A stretch of 64,000 nucleotides of DNA from Chiloscyllium plagiosum. Lineage: Eukaryota. Made by a program: the position numbers and the translations under genes. Location: positions 27,245 through 91,244 of the forward strand of contig NW_025215329.1 of assembly GCF_004010195.1 (NCBI RefSeq). The letters are read 5' to 3'. The notes beneath the pieces are model-generated. The model did not search any database and was not told where the DNA came from. It saw only the letters and a list, made by a program, of their open reading frames with translations. Positions 63,121 to 64,000 of the stretch are shown piece after piece. Position 1 is the stretch's first letter; the number at the start of each line of letters is the position of its first letter.

Positions 63121-63645
63121 GGAGTGTTGCTGCACAAAGAGACCTTGGAGTGCAGGTTCATAGCTCCTTGAAACTGGAGTCGCAGATAAATAGGATAGTG
63201 AAGAAGGAGTTTGGTATGCTTTCCTTTATTGGTCAGAGTATTGATTACAGGAGTTGGGAGGTCATGTTGCGGCTGTACAGGACATTGGTTAGGCCACTGT
63301 TGGAATATTGCATGCAATTCTGGTCTCCTTCCTATCAGAAAGATGTTGTGAAACTTGAAAGGGTTCAGAAAAGATTTGCAAGGATGTTGCCAGGGTTGGA
63401 GGATTTGAGCTAGAGGGAGAGGCNNNNNNNNNNNNNNNNNNNNNNNNNNNNNNNNNNNNNNNNNNNNNNNNNNNNNNNNNNNNNNNNNNNNNNNNNNNNN
63501 NNNNATGGGTATATGAATAGGAAGGGTTTGGAGGGATATGGGCCGGGTGCTGGCAGGTGGGACTAGATTGGGTTGGGATATCTGGTCGGCATGGACGGGT
63601 TGGACCGAAGGGTCTGTTTCCTTGCTGTACATCTCTATGACTCTA
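63121..63645 (+). mobile_element. HER1-like CR1 3' fragment inserted in a family-2 SINE
   Basis: QRDLGVQVHSSLK..LEYCMQFWSP..KLERVQKRF; spans the assembly gap. Confidence 0.9.
63424..63504. other. Assembly gap (81 N)
   Basis: Run of N. Confidence 1.
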
Positions 63646-64000
63646 ATTAACAATGGATTCATGGCCATCATTAGACACTTAATTCCAAATTTTTATTGAA
63701 TTCAAATGCCAGCATCTGCCATGGCAGAATTTGGACCCAATTTCCCAGAGTATTGCTTGGATCTCTGGACCAACAATCCAATGATAATACTGTTACCATC
63801 ACCTCTCTTCAATGATGAAAGAGGAGGTGGTTCAGACATTGGAAGAATCTAAACTTGTAAAGACGAAGGCATTGGATAGGCTAGCAGGAATAAAATTTGA
63901 TAAGGCACTGGGACTGGATGAGAAAATCCAAGTATACCGTGGGGAGTGAAAGTGGAAATTATTGAGGTGTAGTTATAATTTTTTTCAGTCATCCTTAGAT

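Overview
Repeat-dense eukaryotic genomic DNA (intronic or intergenic). It is almost certainly from a cartilaginous fish, probably a shark; this is inferred from many HE1/V-SINE copies, HER1-like CR1 LINEs and Deu-domain SINEs. No host protein-coding gene could be identified; there are only one or two weak exon candidates. Nearly all ORF-track entries are transposon debris. Contents: many CR1 fragments, about 10 HE1 SINEs, Deu-SINEs, Rex1/Babar LINE ends, a decayed Gmr1-type Gypsy (integrase before RT), a tRNA-Phe pseudogene, several Penelope-like element (PLE) fragments including one with an open RT-C-terminus/GIY-YIG frame, and an 81-N gap. Three observations stand out. (1) A solo-LTR-like element at ~40.45-42.22 kb has been hit repeatedly at one 13-14 nt site (GAATCYCCTGGTTA, its TATA-like box) by at least two polyadenylated non-LTR families, suggesting a sequence-specific, Tx1-like parasite of an LTR promoter. 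(2) Minimal type-I hammerhead ribozyme motifs occur in at least four PLE families. (3) Many 90-230 bp hammerhead-centred PLE mini-insertions, often palindromic, carry their own 10-18 bp target-site duplications. Family names are assigned by eye from remembered motifs; no database search was run, and boundaries of old repeats are approximate.
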